From an uncultured Acidobacteriota bacterium (GTDB taxonomy: Bacteria; Acidobacteriota; Vicinamibacteria; Fen-336): DNA of 64,000 nt. The DNA lies in assembly GCA_963720545.1 (NCBI GenBank), contig OY970399.1, forward strand, positions 3,808,001 through 3,872,000, read 5' to 3'. How positions within the stretch are numbered: the stretch's first letter is position 1; the number at the start of each line of letters is the position of its first letter. Of this stretch, positions 1-11,700 are shown in pieces. A program made the position numbers and the translations under genes. The notes below the pieces were generated by a model. The model ran no database searches. It was not told where the DNA came from and saw only the letters and a list, made by a program, of their open reading frames with translations.

Positions 1-1
1 G

Positions 2-1153
2 GACGGGCTTTACCACCACTCCGCGGTCGCGCGCTACCTGAACTCGATGGTGCGCGCCGCGCTGGTCGCAGCGGCGGCCGCAGTGCCGCCCGGCAGGCGG
101 CTGCGGATCCTCGAGATCGGCGCCGGCACCGGTGGCACCACTGCCGCAGTTGTCGGAGCATTGGACGCGGCGCACGCCGAGTACACCTTCACCGATGTTT
201 CCGACTTTTTCTTCGACCGCGCGCGACAGCGCCTCGGTGCGTTGCCGTTCGTGCGGTACTCGCGACTCGACATCGACCAGGAGCCCGAAGCTCAGGGTTA
301 CACGCCGGGCAGCTATGACGTGGTGATCGCTGCCAACGTGCTGCACGCGACGCGCGACCTGGCGGCCACCCTCGGGCGAGTCGCGCGCCTGCTGGGCGAG
401 GGCGGCGTATTGCTGCTGAACGAGACCACCGCGCATCCCACGGTCTTCGACATCACCACCGGGCTCATCGAGGGATGGCACGTGTTCGCAGACAAGGCGC
501 GGCAGGACAACCCGCTGATCGCGGCGCCGGCCTGGCTCGAGCTGCTGCAAGGGAACGGCTTCGTGGACGCCCAGGCGTTCCCCGGCGAGGACAGCGTCGC
601 GGCGGCGCTCGGCAACCACGTGATTGTCGCCGGCCGTCCGGGCGCGGCGCTGGCGGGCGCCGCAACGGCTGCCGCGCCGGCTGCTGCGAAGGCAGCCGTT
701 GCCGAACCCGCGGAAGCGGCGGAGGACCTCGCGGCCGAACTGCAGGGGTTGCCGCTGACGGACCGCGAGGAGCGCCTGGCTGCGTTCGTGCGCGAGCGCG
801 TGATGCGGCTGTTGCGCTTCTCCGCGGCGCAGCGTCCTTCGTACGACGCACGGCTCACGGATCTGGGCCTCGATTCTCTGATGGCTGTGCAGCTGCGCAA
901 CGACATCGCGACGCGTTTGCGCCTGCCGCGCAAGCTGCCTGCCACGCTCATGTTCGACTACCCGTCGATCGGCGCGATCGCCGGCTACTTGCTGCGCGAG
1001 CTGTTCGCGGCGCCGCCGGCTGCCGCTCCCGCCGCGGCGGGTCGCAATCCCGCCACGGGTGGCGAGGTCGACCTGGCTGCGCTGTCCGAGGACGAGGTGG
1101 AGCGCCTCATGCTGCAGAAACTGGCGGCGCTTTCGGGGCCGTCGAAGCCATGA
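2..1153 (+). CDS. Type I PKS, 5'-truncated by the window edge; visible part is methyltransferase-ACP-docking helix
   Basis: Frame is open from position 2. SAM motif [29 protein letters not shown] motif [14 protein letters not shown]-terminal [13 protein letters not shown]. Stop overlaps the next ATG (ATGA). Confidence 0.93.
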   Translation, partial: DGLYHHSAVARYLNSMVRAALVAAAAAVPPGRRLRILEIGAGTGGTTAAVVGALDAAHAEYTFTDVSDFFFDRARQRLGALPFVRYSRLDIDQEPEAQGYTPGSYDVVIAANVLHATRDLAATLGRVARLLGEGGVLLLNETTAHPTVFDITTGLIEGWHVFADKARQDNPLIAAPAWLELLQGNGFVDAQAFPGEDSVAAALGNHVIVAGRPGAALAGAATAAAPAAAKAAVAEPAEAAEDLAAELQGLPLTDREERLAAFVRERVMRLLRFSAAQRPSYDARLTDLGLDSLMAVQLRNDIATRLRLPRKLPATLMFDYPSIGAIAGYLLRELFAAPPAAAPAAAGRNPATGGEVDLAALSEDEVERLMLQKLAALSGPSKP

Positions 1154-4100
1154 ACGACACCGTCAAGCCGTCGCCGCTGAAGCAGGCATACGCCGCGCTC
1201 GAGATCCTGCAGGCGAAGCTCGCTGCCGTGGAACAGGCCCGCAGCGAGCCGATTGCGATCGTCGGCGTCGGCTGCCGGCTGCCGGGCGGCGCCGATTCGC
1301 CGGCCGCCTACTGGCGCCTGCTGTGCGACAGCGTCGATGCGACACGCGAGGTGCCGGCGGAGCGCTGGGATGCGGACTCGGTCTACGATCCCGATCCCGA
1401 AGTGCCCGGCAAGGCGTACACCCGGCGCGCCGGGTTCCTGAAGGAACCGGTCGATGCCTTCGATGCCTCGTTCTTCGGCATCGCGCCGCGCGAGGCGAGC
1501 GGCCTCGACCCGCAGCAGCGCCTGCTGCTGGAGGTCACGTGGGAAGCCCTCGAGCACGCGGGCCAGGCGCCCTCGGCCCTGAAGGGCAGCCGCACGGCGG
1601 TCTTCATCGGCATCGCGAGCAACGATTACGCCGCGCTGCAGAGCCAGCGCAACGACCGCGAACAGCTCGACCTCTACTATGCATCCGGCATCGCCCACAG
1701 CATCGCCGCCGGACGGATTTCCTACCTGCTCGGCCTGCAAGGCCCGTGCGTGTCGCTCGACACGGCCTGCTCCTCGTCGCTGGTCGCCGTGCACCTCGCA
1801 GTGCAGAGCCTGCGCAGCGGGGAGTGCACCCTGGCGCTCGCCGGCGGCGTCAACCTGATTCTCGGCCCGGAGAACATGATCGCCTTCGCCAAGGCGCGCA
1901 TGCTGGCGCCCGACGGGCGCTGCAAGACTTTCGACGCCCGCGCGGACGGCTTCGCGGACGGCGAAGGCTGCGGCATCGTGGTGCTGAAGCGGCTCGCCGA
2001 CGCGCTCGCGAACCGCGACCACGTGCTCGCGGTCATTCGCGGCTCGGCGATCAACCAGGACGGCGCCAGCAGCGGACTCACGGTGCCGAACGGGCCGGCC
2101 CAGGAAGCGCTCATCCGCGAGGCGCTGCGCAATGCCTCGGTGGCGCCGCACGACGTCGGCTACATCGAGGCGCACGGCACCGGCACTTCGCTCGGCGATC
2201 CCATCGAGGTGCAGGCCCTCGGCGCGGTGCTTGGCGAGGGACGCGCGGCCGACCGGCCGTTCCTCCTGGGCGCGGCCAAGGCGAGCATCGGCCATCTCGA
2301 GGCGGCAGCCGGAATCGCCGGCCTCATCAAGGCGGCCCTCATCCTGGACGAGGGCGCGGTGCCGCCGCAACTGCACTTCGAGACGCCCAACCCGATGATC
2401 CCCTGGGACCAGATCAACGCGCGCGTGGTCACGCAGCTGACGCCGTGGCCGGCGGGCTCAGGGCCGCGCTTCGCGGGGGTCAGCTCGTTCGGCTTCAGCG
2501 GCACCAACGCGCACATCGTGCTGGGCAGCGCGCCGGGCGCGCACCCTGCGCCGGCGGTCGCGGCGGTGGAGCGGCCGCTGCACCTGCTGACGCTCTCCGC
2601 GCAGAGCGAGCCCGCCTTGCGCTCGCTCGCTGCCCGCCATGCGGCACGGCTCGGTGCGCTCGGCGACGCGCAGCTGGCCGACTACGCCTTCACCGCCAAC
2701 ACCGGCCGCAGCCATTTCGTGAACCGGCTGGCGCTGCCGGCAACGAGCGCCGCCGGCGCGGCGCAATCGCTCGCCGCCTTTGCCGCTGCCGAGCCCGCCA
2801 CCGATGTCGTCCACGGCGAGGTCACGAACGTGGACCGGCCGCGCATCGCGTTCCTGTTCACCGGCCAGGGCGCGCAGTACGCCGGCATGGGCCGCGGCTT
2901 GTACGAGACACAGCCGGTGTTTCGCGAAGCGCTCGATCGCTGCGCGGCGGTCCTCGACGCCGAACTCGGCCGGCCGCTGCTGCCGCTGATGTTCGGGGAC
3001 GGCGAGGACCTGAACCAGACCGCTTGGACGCAGCCGGCGCTCTTTGCCCTGGAATATGCGCTCGCGCAGATGTGGAGCTCGTGGGGCATCGTGCCGTCGC
3101 TGGTCCTCGGCCACAGTGTCGGCGAGTACACAGCCGCCTGCGTCGCGGGCGTGATGAGCCTCGAGGACGGCCTGCGCCTCATTGCGGCGCGCGGCCGGCT
3201 GATGCAGGCGCTGCCAGCGGGCGGTGCGATGCTGTCGCTTCGGTGCGACGAGGCCGCCGTGCGCGCGGCGCTCCTGCCGCACGCCGCGGTGGTTTCGATA
3301 GCCGCGCTCAACGCGCCCTCCGAGGTGGTGATCTCGGGCGACAGCGCGGCGCTGCGCACGATCGCGGACCAGCTCGCGAAGGACGGGATCCGGACCACGC
3401 CGCTGCGCGTCTCGCACGCTTTCCACTCGCCGCTGATGGAGCCCATGCTCGACGAGTTCGAGCGCCTGGCGGGACGGGTCGAGTGGCACGCGCCGCAGGT
3501 GCGGCTGATCTCCAACCTGACCGGACAACCCGCGGCGCCCGCCCTTCTTGGCGACGCCGGCTACTGGCGGCGCCACGTGCGCGAGCCGGTGCGCTTCGCC
3601 GACTCGATCGCGAGCGCCCTCAAGCTCGGCGCCTCGATCTTCCTCGAACTCGGTCCGGGCGGCACCCTCACTGCCCTGGGCCAGCGGTGCGGCGGCGGGG
3701 AAGGGGATGCTGCGAAGCCGCTGTGGGTGTCTTCGCTGCGTGCCAACCGCGCCGAGTGGCCGGAGGTGATTGCGGCGCTTGCGGCCCTCTACGTCGGCGG
3801 CGCTCCGGTCGACTGGAACGGGTTCGACCGCCCGTACCGCCGAGCGCGGCTCGCCCTGCCCACGTATCCGTTCGAGCGGCGCCGCCACTGGCTCGAAGCG
3901 GCGCGGCCCGGCAGCAGTGCGAGCGCCGCCCGCGGCGCGGGCCATCCGCTGCTCGGCGTGCGGCTGCGCTCGCCGCTGCCGTCCGCGGTTTTCGAGAACA
4001 CTCTCCGCTCCTCTGAGCTCAGCCTGCTCGACGACCACCGCATTCACGGCGCGGCGGTGCTGCCGGGGACCGCGTACGTCGAGATGGCCCTGGCGGCAGG

Positions 4101-7100
4101 CCGCAGCGCGCGCGGCCTGGCCGCTGCGGCCATCGAGGACCTCACGATTCGCGAGCCGCTCGTGGTGCGCGACGGCGAGGCGCGCACGGTGCAGCTCATC
4201 CTGGAGAAGGACGGCCAGGTGCTGGTGGCGAGCGCCCCCGCCGGCGGCGGCAGTGTGGAAGCCGGCGCCGACGCCTGGACACAGCACGCGACCTGCCGGG
4301 TGCGCGCGGCGTCCGCGCGTCCCGCGCCCGCTGACCTGGCCGCGATTCGCGCCCGCTGCCACGATGCGGTGACGGCCGCGGCGCACAACGAATCGCTGCA
4401 GCAGCTGGGGCTCGACTTCGGACCCAGCCTGCGCGGCGTGCGCGAGATCGCAAGACGCCGTTCCGGGAGCGAAGGCGAGGCGCTTGGCACCATCGAGCTG
4501 CCGCTTGCCGACGATCCCACGTTCGCCGTCAATCCGGCGCTTCTCGACGCATGCCTGCAGGTGGTCGCCGCGGCGTGCGGACCCGACGGCCGCCTCTACC
4601 TGCCCCTCAACATCGGCAGCATTGAGTGGTTCGAACGTCCCGGGACGCGTGTCTTCAGCCATGTGCTGCTGCGCGGCGTCGGCGAGGACGGCATGACCGG
4701 GGACGTCAGCGTTCATGACGAGCGCGGCGCCTGCCTGGTGCGGCTGCAGGCGGTGCACTTCCGCAGCGTCGAGAAGGCGGCCCTGCAGGCGGCGCTGTCC
4801 GCCGGAGGGCCGGCACTCGAAGACTCGCAATACACACTCGAGTGGCGAGCGCAGGCGCACAACGACGACGACGACGGCGCCGGGTTCGCGGGGCATCTGC
4901 CGGCGCCAGCGGCGCTTGCCGCAGCCGCAGCGCAGCACGCTGCACAGCTCGCACGCCGCCACGGTCTCGCGCAGTGGCAGGACGAATTCGCCCGGCTCGA
5001 AGCCGCCGGGCTTGCCCACGTCGTTGCGGCGCTGCTCGACCTCGGCTGGGCGGCACCAGCGGGCGTCCACATCGAGGGGGCGGCGTTGGCGGCCGAACTT
5101 GGTGTCGTACCTCGCTACCACCGCCTGTTCGAACGGCTTCTCGAAATCCTCGGCGAAGGCGGCTTCCTGGCACGCGTTCCTTCCGGGTGGGAGGTGCGTC
5201 GCGCCCTGGAGCCTCTCGCCGGCGCGCCGCCGGCCGCGGCCAGCGCGGCGGCGGTGCTTCTCGCTCGCTGCGGCCCGCGGCTCGCTGCCGTGCTGCGCGG
5301 CGCCGCCGATCCGTTGGAGCTCCTGTTTCCCGGCGGATCGCTCGAAGACGCGCAGCGGCTCTACCTCGAAGCGCCGCTCGCGCGGGTCTGCAACGGCCTC
5401 GCGGCCGAGCTGGTCGCGGGCGCGGCCGCCGCGCTGCCGGCCGGTCGCCGCCTGCGCGTCCTCGAAGTTGGCGGCGGCACCGGCGGCACCACCGCCTCGA
5501 TCCTCGCGCGGTCGGGCGCGGCACTCGACTACACGTTCACCGACGTGTCCCCCTTATTCACGGCCCAGGCGCAGCAGCGGTTCGCGAGCCACACGCGCCT
5601 GCGCTGCCAACCGCTAGACCTCGAACAGGACGGCGAGGCGCAAGGGCTCGCCGCGGGGTCCTTCGACATGATCGTTGCGGCAAACGTAGTGCACGCGACG
5701 CGCGACCTGCGGCAGACGCTTGCGCGGCTGCACCGCCTGCTGGCTCCGCAGGGCCTGCTGCTGCTCGTCGAGGTGACCGCCAGGCAGCGCTGGATCGACC
5801 TCACCTTCGGCCTGACCGACGGCTGGTGGCATTTCACCGACCACGGCCTGCGCGCCGAATACCCACTGCTGTCGCGTGAGCAGTGGTTGGCGCTGCTCGC
5901 GGCCGACGGTTTCGCCGAACCGGCCGCCCTCCCCGATTTCAGCGGTGCCGCCGATCCGCTCTCGCACAACGCGCTGCTCCTCGCCCGTCGCGATGCGCAG
6001 CAAGCACCCGGCTGGCTGCTGCTCGGCGAGGCGGGCGCTTTCGCGCAGAACCTCGTCGACGCGCTCGCGGCACGCGGAGAACGGGCCGTGCTGGCCGCGC
6101 GCGGCGCCGAATTCGCCGGCGACACCGCCGCCGGTTTCGAGGCGAGGCTCGCGGCACACGCGCCGCCCGGCGGCTGGCGCAATGTCGCGCTCTTGTGGAA
6201 CTTCGCGAAGGACGAAGACGCCCTTGGCACCGCACTGCTGTTGTCCCAGGCGCTGGCCCGCGGCGCTTCGGGGACGGCACCGCGGCTGTGGCTCGTGACG
6301 CGCGGTGCGCAGGCCCTGGCTTCCGGGGAACGGGTGGCGCCGGAACAGGCGGGCGTCTGGGGGCTGGCGCGCACCATCGGCCTCGAATTTCCGGAACTGC
6401 GTTGCACCTGCATCGACCTCGGGCCGTCGCCGTCGGCTCTTGAAGCCTCCGACCTGGCCCGCGAGCTGACGGCGGGTGGTGTACGGCGCGAGGAGCAGGT
6501 TGCCCTGCGTCATGGTGCTCGCTTCGTGGCTCGCCTCGCGCGCCTCGACTCCGGCACGCGCGAGGCCGAGGTCGTGAAGCTCGCCGGGTCGGCATCGGGC
6601 TCGCTCGACGACCTGCGGCTGGTGCCGGCGGTGCGGCGTGCGCCGGGTCCGGGCGAGGTGGAGATCGAGGTGCGCGCGGCCGGCCTCAATTTCCGCGACG
6701 TGCTGAACGCGCTCGCGATGCGCGCCGACAGCGACCCGCTCGGCAGCGAATGCAGCGGCGAGGTGGTTGCGGTCGGCAGCGGCGTCTCCGCGCTGGCGTG
6801 CGGCGACCAGGTCGTCGCCATCGCCCCGGGCAGCTTCGGCACCCATGTGGTCGCCGCCGCTCGCCACGTCGCGCGCAAGCCGCGGAACCTGACCCACGCC
6901 GAAGCCGCGACGCTGAGCCTCGCGTTCCTCACGGCGGAGTACGCGCTGATGCGCGTCGGCCAGTTGCGCCGCGGCGAGCGCATCCTCGTCCATGCCGCCG
7001 CCGGTGGCGTCGGCCTGGCCGCCCTGCAACTGGCGCAGCGCAGCGGTGCGGTGGTCTTCGCCACTGCCGGCTCGGCGCAGAAGCGCGACTTCCTGCGCGC

Positions 7101-8784
7101 GCTCGGCGTCCGGCACGTCTTCGACTCGCGCAGCTTGTCTTTCGCCACGGAAGTGCGCGCGGCCGCCGGCGGCGACATCGACATGGTGCTGAACTCGCTC
7201 ACCGGAGAGTTCATCCCGCGGGGCCTGGCGCTGCTCGGCCCCGGGGGGCGCTTCCTGGAAATCGGCAAACGCGAGCTGTTGATGCCGGCAGAGGCCGCGC
7301 GCCTCGCGCCGCACGCCGCTTACCACGCGGTGGACCTCACTCCCGAAGTGACGAGCAACAGCGAGTGGTTCCGCGGCGCCTGGGCACGGCTCCTCGACGA
7401 CGCCGAGGCCGGGCGGCTGTTGCCGCTGCCGGCGCAGGTGTTTCCACTGGCACGGATCGCCGATGCGTTTCGCTACATGGCGCAGGCGCGACACCTCGGC
7501 AAGGTGGTCGTGTCCCGCGCGGCCGGCGTGGGCCGCGGCGCGGCGCTCGTCCGCAAGGACGCGACCTACCTGGTGACGGGCGGCCTGCGCGGGCTCGGTC
7601 TCCTGACCGCCGAATGGCTGGCCGAGCAAGGTGCCAGCCACCTGGTTCTCATGGGCCGCGGCGCGCCGTCCGCGGAAGCGCAGGCCGCGATCGAGCGCCT
7701 GCGCGGCAACGGCGTGCGGGTCACGCCGGCGCGCGCCGACGTCTCGGTGCGCTCCGATCTCGAACGCGTGCTCGCCGGCATCGCGGCCGGCGAGGCGCCG
7801 CTGCGCGGCATCGTGCACTCCGCCGGCGTGCTCGACGACGGCATGCTGTTGCACCAGGACCTGCAGCGGTTCGCGACGGTGCTGGCGCCCAAGGTGACGG
7901 GTACCGCGCTGCTGCACGAGCTCACGAAGGGCGCTGCGCTCGACTTCTTCGTCCTCTATTCATCGGTGGCGGCGCTGCTCGGCTCGCGCGGCCAGAGCAA
8001 TCATGCGGCCGCCAACGCCTGGATGGACGCGCTGGCGCACCAGCGCCGCGCCCTCGGCCTCTGTGCCCTCACCATCAATTGGGGCGGCTGGGCGAAAGTC
8101 GGTTCGGTCGTCGGCCGCGCGGTGGGCGAGGGGATCGCGGCGCGCGGACTCGGGCTCATCGAGCCGCGCGCCGGCCTCGCGACACTCGGCCGCCTGATGC
8201 GGCAGGAGGCCGCGCAAGTCGCCGTGCTGCCGGTCAACTGGCGCGTGTTTCGCGGCCAGTTCGCGGCACAGGACGAGCCGGCCTGGCTCGCCGAGATCGC
8301 GGACGCCGCTGCCGCTGCGGCACCGGCGGCACCCGCGGCAACTGCGCGCATCGACGGTGCCGCCAAGCTCGCGGCCGAGATCGCGGCCGCGCCCCAGGCG
8401 CAGCGCCGGCGCCTCATCGTCAACTTCGTTGCGCTGCAGGTCGCGCGGGTGCTGCGCCGCGATGCCTCGGAGGCACTGAACCATCGCCGGCCCCTGAACG
8501 AGCTCGGCCTCGATTCGCTTATGGCCGTCGAGCTGCGCAACCTGCTTGCCGCGGGCCTGGCGCTGCCGCGCAGCCTGCCGGCGACGCTGGTGTTCGACCA
8601 TCCAACAGTGGTTGCGCTTGCCGATTACCTGGCAGCGGAGCTGGCGCCACAGCCGGCTGCCGCACCCGCTGTGGCCGCTGCGCCGGCCGCCGCCGATGTC
8701 CTCGACGCGATCGAGGACCTGTCGAGCGAGGAAGTAGACCGCCTCTTCGAGGAGCGCCTGAAGGCAACGAGGTCGGGGGCATGA
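1150..8784 (+). CDS. Type I PKS module KS-AT-DH-MT-ER-KR-ACP
   Basis: True start is the ATG at 1150 inside ORF 475..8784. [29 protein letters not shown] + [17 protein letters not shown] and [39 protein letters not shown] and GVLDDG; ACP GLDSL. Confidence 0.96.
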   Translation: MNDTVKPSPLKQAYAALEILQAKLAAVEQARSEPIAIVGVGCRLPGGADSPAAYWRLLCDSVDATREVPAERWDADSVYDPDPEVPGKAYTRRAGFLKEPVDAFDASFFGIAPREASGLDPQQRLLLEVTWEALEHAGQAPSALKGSRTAVFIGIASNDYAALQSQRNDREQLDLYYASGIAHSIAAGRISYLLGLQGPCVSLDTACSSSLVAVHLAVQSLRSGECTLALAGGVNLILGPENMIAFAKARMLAPDGRCKTFDARADGFADGEGCGIVVLKRLADALANRDHVLAVIRGSAINQDGASSGLTVPNGPAQEALIREALRNASVAPHDVGYIEAHGTGTSLGDPIEVQALGAVLGEGRAADRPFLLGAAKASIGHLEAAAGIAGLIKAALILDEGAVPPQLHFETPNPMIPWDQINARVVTQLTPWPAGSGPRFAGVSSFGFSGTNAHIVLGSAPGAHPAPAVAAVERPLHLLTLSAQSEPALRSLAARHAARLGALGDAQLADYAFTANTGRSHFVNRLALPATSAAGAAQSLAAFAAAEPATDVVHGEVTNVDRPRIAFLFTGQGAQYAGMGRGLYETQPVFREALDRCAAVLDAELGRPLLPLMFGDGEDLNQTAWTQPALFALEYALAQMWSSWGIVPSLVLGHSVGEYTAACVAGVMSLEDGLRLIAARGRLMQALPAGGAMLSLRCDEAAVRAALLPHAAVVSIAALNAPSEVVISGDSAALRTIADQLAKDGIRTTPLRVSHAFHSPLMEPMLDEFERLAGRVEWHAPQVRLISNLTGQPAAPALLGDAGYWRRHVREPVRFADSIASALKLGASIFLELGPGGTLTALGQRCGGGEGDAAKPLWVSSLRANRAEWPEVIAALAALYVGGAPVDWNGFDRPYRRARLALPTYPFERRRHWLEAARPGSSASAARGAGHPLLGVRLRSPLPSAVFENTLRSSELSLLDDHRIHGAAVLPGTAYVEMALAAGRSARGLAAAAIEDLTIREPLVVRDGEARTVQLILEKDGQVLVASAPAGGGSVEAGADAWTQHATCRVRAASARPAPADLAAIRARCHDAVTAAAHNESLQQLGLDFGPSLRGVREIARRRSGSEGEALGTIELPLADDPTFAVNPALLDACLQVVAAACGPDGRLYLPLNIGSIEWFERPGTRVFSHVLLRGVGEDGMTGDVSVHDERGACLVRLQAVHFRSVEKAALQAALSAGGPALEDSQYTLEWRAQAHNDDDDGAGFAGHLPAPAALAAAAAQHAAQLARRHGLAQWQDEFARLEAAGLAHVVAALLDLGWAAPAGVHIEGAALAAELGVVPRYHRLFERLLEILGEGGFLARVPSGWEVRRALEPLAGAPPAAASAAAVLLARCGPRLAAVLRGAADPLELLFPGGSLEDAQRLYLEAPLARVCNGLAAELVAGAAAALPAGRRLRVLEVGGGTGGTTASILARSGAALDYTFTDVSPLFTAQAQQRFASHTRLRCQPLDLEQDGEAQGLAAGSFDMIVAANVVHATRDLRQTLARLHRLLAPQGLLLLVEVTARQRWIDLTFGLTDGWWHFTDHGLRAEYPLLSREQWLALLAADGFAEPAALPDFSGAADPLSHNALLLARRDAQQAPGWLLLGEAGAFAQNLVDALAARGERAVLAARGAEFAGDTAAGFEARLAAHAPPGGWRNVALLWNFAKDEDALGTALLLSQALARGASGTAPRLWLVTRGAQALASGERVAPEQAGVWGLARTIGLEFPELRCTCIDLGPSPSALEASDLARELTAGGVRREEQVALRHGARFVARLARLDSGTREAEVVKLAGSASGSLDDLRLVPAVRRAPGPGEVEIEVRAAGLNFRDVLNALAMRADSDPLGSECSGEVVAVGSGVSALACGDQVVAIAPGSFGTHVVAAARHVARKPRNLTHAEAATLSLAFLTAEYALMRVGQLRRGERILVHAAAGGVGLAALQLAQRSGAVVFATAGSAQKRDFLRALGVRHVFDSRSLSFATEVRAAAGGDIDMVLNSLTGEFIPRGLALLGPGGRFLEIGKRELLMPAEAARLAPHAAYHAVDLTPEVTSNSEWFRGAWARLLDDAEAGRLLPLPAQVFPLARIADAFRYMAQARHLGKVVVSRAAGVGRGAALVRKDATYLVTGGLRGLGLLTAEWLAEQGASHLVLMGRGAPSAEAQAAIERLRGNGVRVTPARADVSVRSDLERVLAGIAAGEAPLRGIVHSAGVLDDGMLLHQDLQRFATVLAPKVTGTALLHELTKGAALDFFVLYSSVAALLGSRGQSNHAAANAWMDALAHQRRALGLCALTINWGGWAKVGSVVGRAVGEGIAARGLGLIEPRAGLATLGRLMRQEAAQVAVLPVNWRVFRGQFAAQDEPAWLAEIADAAAAAAPAAPAATARIDGAAKLAAEIAAAPQAQRRRLIVNFVALQVARVLRRDASEALNHRRPLNELGLDSLMAVELRNLLAAGLALPRSLPATLVFDHPTVVALADYLAAELAPQPAAAPAVAAAPAAADVLDAIEDLSSEEVDRLFEERLKATRSGA

Positions 8785-11700
8785 GCGACTCGCTCGAACG
8801 GCTCGCGAAGCTCTCGCCCAAGCGCCTGGCTCTGCTCGCCGCCGAGCTCCAGGACCGGGTCGCACAGCTCGAACGCCGCCAGGCCGAGCCCATTGCTGTC
8901 GTCGGGATGGCCTGTCGCCTCCCCGGCGGGGTCACCGGGCTCGAGGAGTACTGGCGGCTGCTGGCGGAGCGCGTCGACGCGATCTCGGAGGTGCCGGCGG
9001 AGCGCTGGGATGTCGATGCTTACTACGATCCCGATCCGGACGCCCCCGGGAAGATGTCCACGCGTTTCGGCGGGTTCATCGAAGACGTCGGACGCTTCGA
9101 CGCGCACTTCTTCGGCATCTCGCCGCGAGAGGCCGTCAGCATGGACCCGCAGCACCGGCTGTTGCTCGAGACCTCGTGGGAGGCGCTGGAGCACGCCGGC
9201 CTTTCGGCCGACCGCCTTGCCGGTTCGACCACCGGCGTGTTCGTCGGCCTCTGCGGCGGCGACTACGGCCAGCTGATGATGGAGCGCGGCGAGCGCGCCA
9301 TCGACGCGTACCTCGCTTCGGGCACCGCCCACAGCATCGCCGCCGGCCGCGTGTCCTATGCCCTGGGATTGCACGGGCCGAGCGTCTCGATCGACACCGC
9401 GTGCTCGTCGTCGCTGGTCGCATTGCACTACGCCTGCCAGAGCCTGCGCCTTGGCGAATGCAGCGCGGCGCTGGCCGGCGGCGTCAACCTGATCCTCGCG
9501 CCGGAAGTGACGATCGCGCTGTCCAAGGCGCACATGATGGCGCCGGACGGGCGTTGCAAGACGTTCGACGCGCGCGCCGATGGCTTCGTGCGCGGCGAGG
9601 GCTGCGGCATCGTCGTGCTGAAGCGGCTCAGCGACGCACGTGCCGCTGGCGACCGCATCCTCGCAGTGGTGCGCGGCACCGCCATTGGGCAGGACGGCCG
9701 CAGCAACGGCCTGACCGCGCCGAACGGCGTCGCCCAGGAGGCGGTGATTCGCGCCGCGCTCGCGAACGCCGCCCTCGAACCCGCGCAGGTCTCGTACGTC
9801 GAGGCGCACGGCACTGGCACCTCGCTCGGCGACCCGATCGAGGTGCGGGCGCTCGCGGCCGCGCTCGGCCCGGGACGCGACCCAGCACGCCCGCTGCTGC
9901 TGGGCTCTGTGAAAGCAAACATCGGGCACCTCGAAGCCGCGGCCGGCGTGGCCGCGTTCATCAAGGTGGTGCTGGCGCTGCAGCACCGCTCGATACCCGG
10001 GCATCCGCTGCTCGACAAGCTCAACCCGCATATCGAATGGGAGCGGCTGCCGGTGTCGATCCCGACCGCGACGATCGAGTGGCCCGCCGCAAGCCGACCG
10101 CGCCGGGCCGGCGTCAGCTCCTTCGGCTTCAGCGGCACCAATGCGCACCTCATCCTCGAAGAAGCGGAGGCGGAAGCGCCCGCGCCGCAGCCTGCCCCCA
10201 CTGCCGTGGCGCGCGTGCCACAGCTCGTGCCGCTCAGTGCGAAGACGGCGCCCGCTCTGACCGCGCTGCTGGCGCGCTACGCGGCACACCTCGAGAGCCC
10301 CGCCGGCGCAGCGCTGGCACTCGCCGACATCGCGCACACGACAGCCGCCGGCCGCGCGCATTTCCATCACCGCGCCGCCGTGGTCGCCACCGACGCGGGG
10401 CAGCTGCGGCAGCGGCTCGCCGATGGCCCCGGCGTCGTGCGCGGTGTCGTCGCCGAGGGCTATGTGCCCGAGATCGGATTCCTGTTCACCGGGCAGGGCG
10501 CGCAGCGCGTCGGTATGGGCCGCGAGCTCTACGACAGCCACCCCCTGGTGCGGCGACTGCTGGACGAGTGCCAGCGCCTGCTCTCTGCGCGCCTGCCGCG
10601 GCCGCTGCTCGAGGTGATGTTCGGCGGCGACCAGGCGGCCCTCGACGACACCACCTACGCCCAGCCCGCGCTGTTCGCGCTCGAGTACGCGCTCGCGGCC
10701 TTGTGGCGCTCGCTCGGCGTCGTGCCCGCCGTGCTGCTCGGACACAGCGTCGGCGAGCTGGCGGCGGCCTGTGTTGCCTCGGTGATGAGCCTCGAAGACG
10801 GGCTCGAGCTGGTCGCGGAGCGCGGCCGGCTGATGGGTCAGCTGCCTCGGGACGGCGCCATGGCCGCGATCTTCGCGGGTGCTGTGGACGTGGCCGCCGC
10901 GGTGAGCAGCCAACAGGGTCGAATCGCGATCGCCGCGCACAATGGCCCGCGGCACGTCGTGGTTTCGGGCGACACAGCGGCGGTCGCCGCACTCGTGGCG
11001 CGGATGGAGGCGGCCGGCGTCAAGGCCCGCGCGCTGCAGGTGTCGCACGCATTTCACTCGCCGCTGATGGAGCCGATGCTGCCGGCATTCACGGTTGCGG
11101 CCGGCGGCAAGGCGTTCCACACGCCGCAGATCCGTATCGTCGCGAACGTCACGGGCGAGCTGATGACCGAAGCTCCGGATGCGGCGTACTGGACCAGGCA
11201 CGTTCGGGCGGCCGTGCAATTCGAGCGCGCCGTGGGCGCGGCCTGCGGCCTGGGCATCGACACCTGGATCGAGATTGGACCGGCGCCCGTGCTGCTCGCT
11301 CTCGGGCGCGCCTGCCTCGCGGAACAACGAGGCCGCTGGCTGCCGAGCCTGCAGCCGGGGCGTGGCGACTGGCAGCAGTTTCTCGACAGCGCCGCCGCGC
11401 TTTATGCCGCCGGCGCCGATCTCGACTGGGAACGCTTCGCGCGCGAGCGCGGCGGCACCGGCAGTCGGGTGGCCCTGCCGAGCTACCCGTTCCAGCGCCA
11501 GCATTTCTGGATCGAGCAGGCGCGGCGCGCGCCGGCGGCCGCTGCACAGCCATTCGCAGACTGGCTCTACGACGTCGATTGGGAACCGCTGCCGCGCGCC
11601 GGCGAAGCCGCCGCCGCATTTGCGACCGGACCGCTCGTCGCGAGCGCGGCGGCCGAGGTGCCGGCGCTTGCCGAACGCTTCGCGGTTTCGGCGTACGACA

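Noticed and set aside
475..1149. N-terminal extension of ORF 475..8784, and likewise 6750-8780 and 50084-52225
   Set aside because: Overlaps real genes in another frame; true starts are at the ATGA/GTGA junctions.
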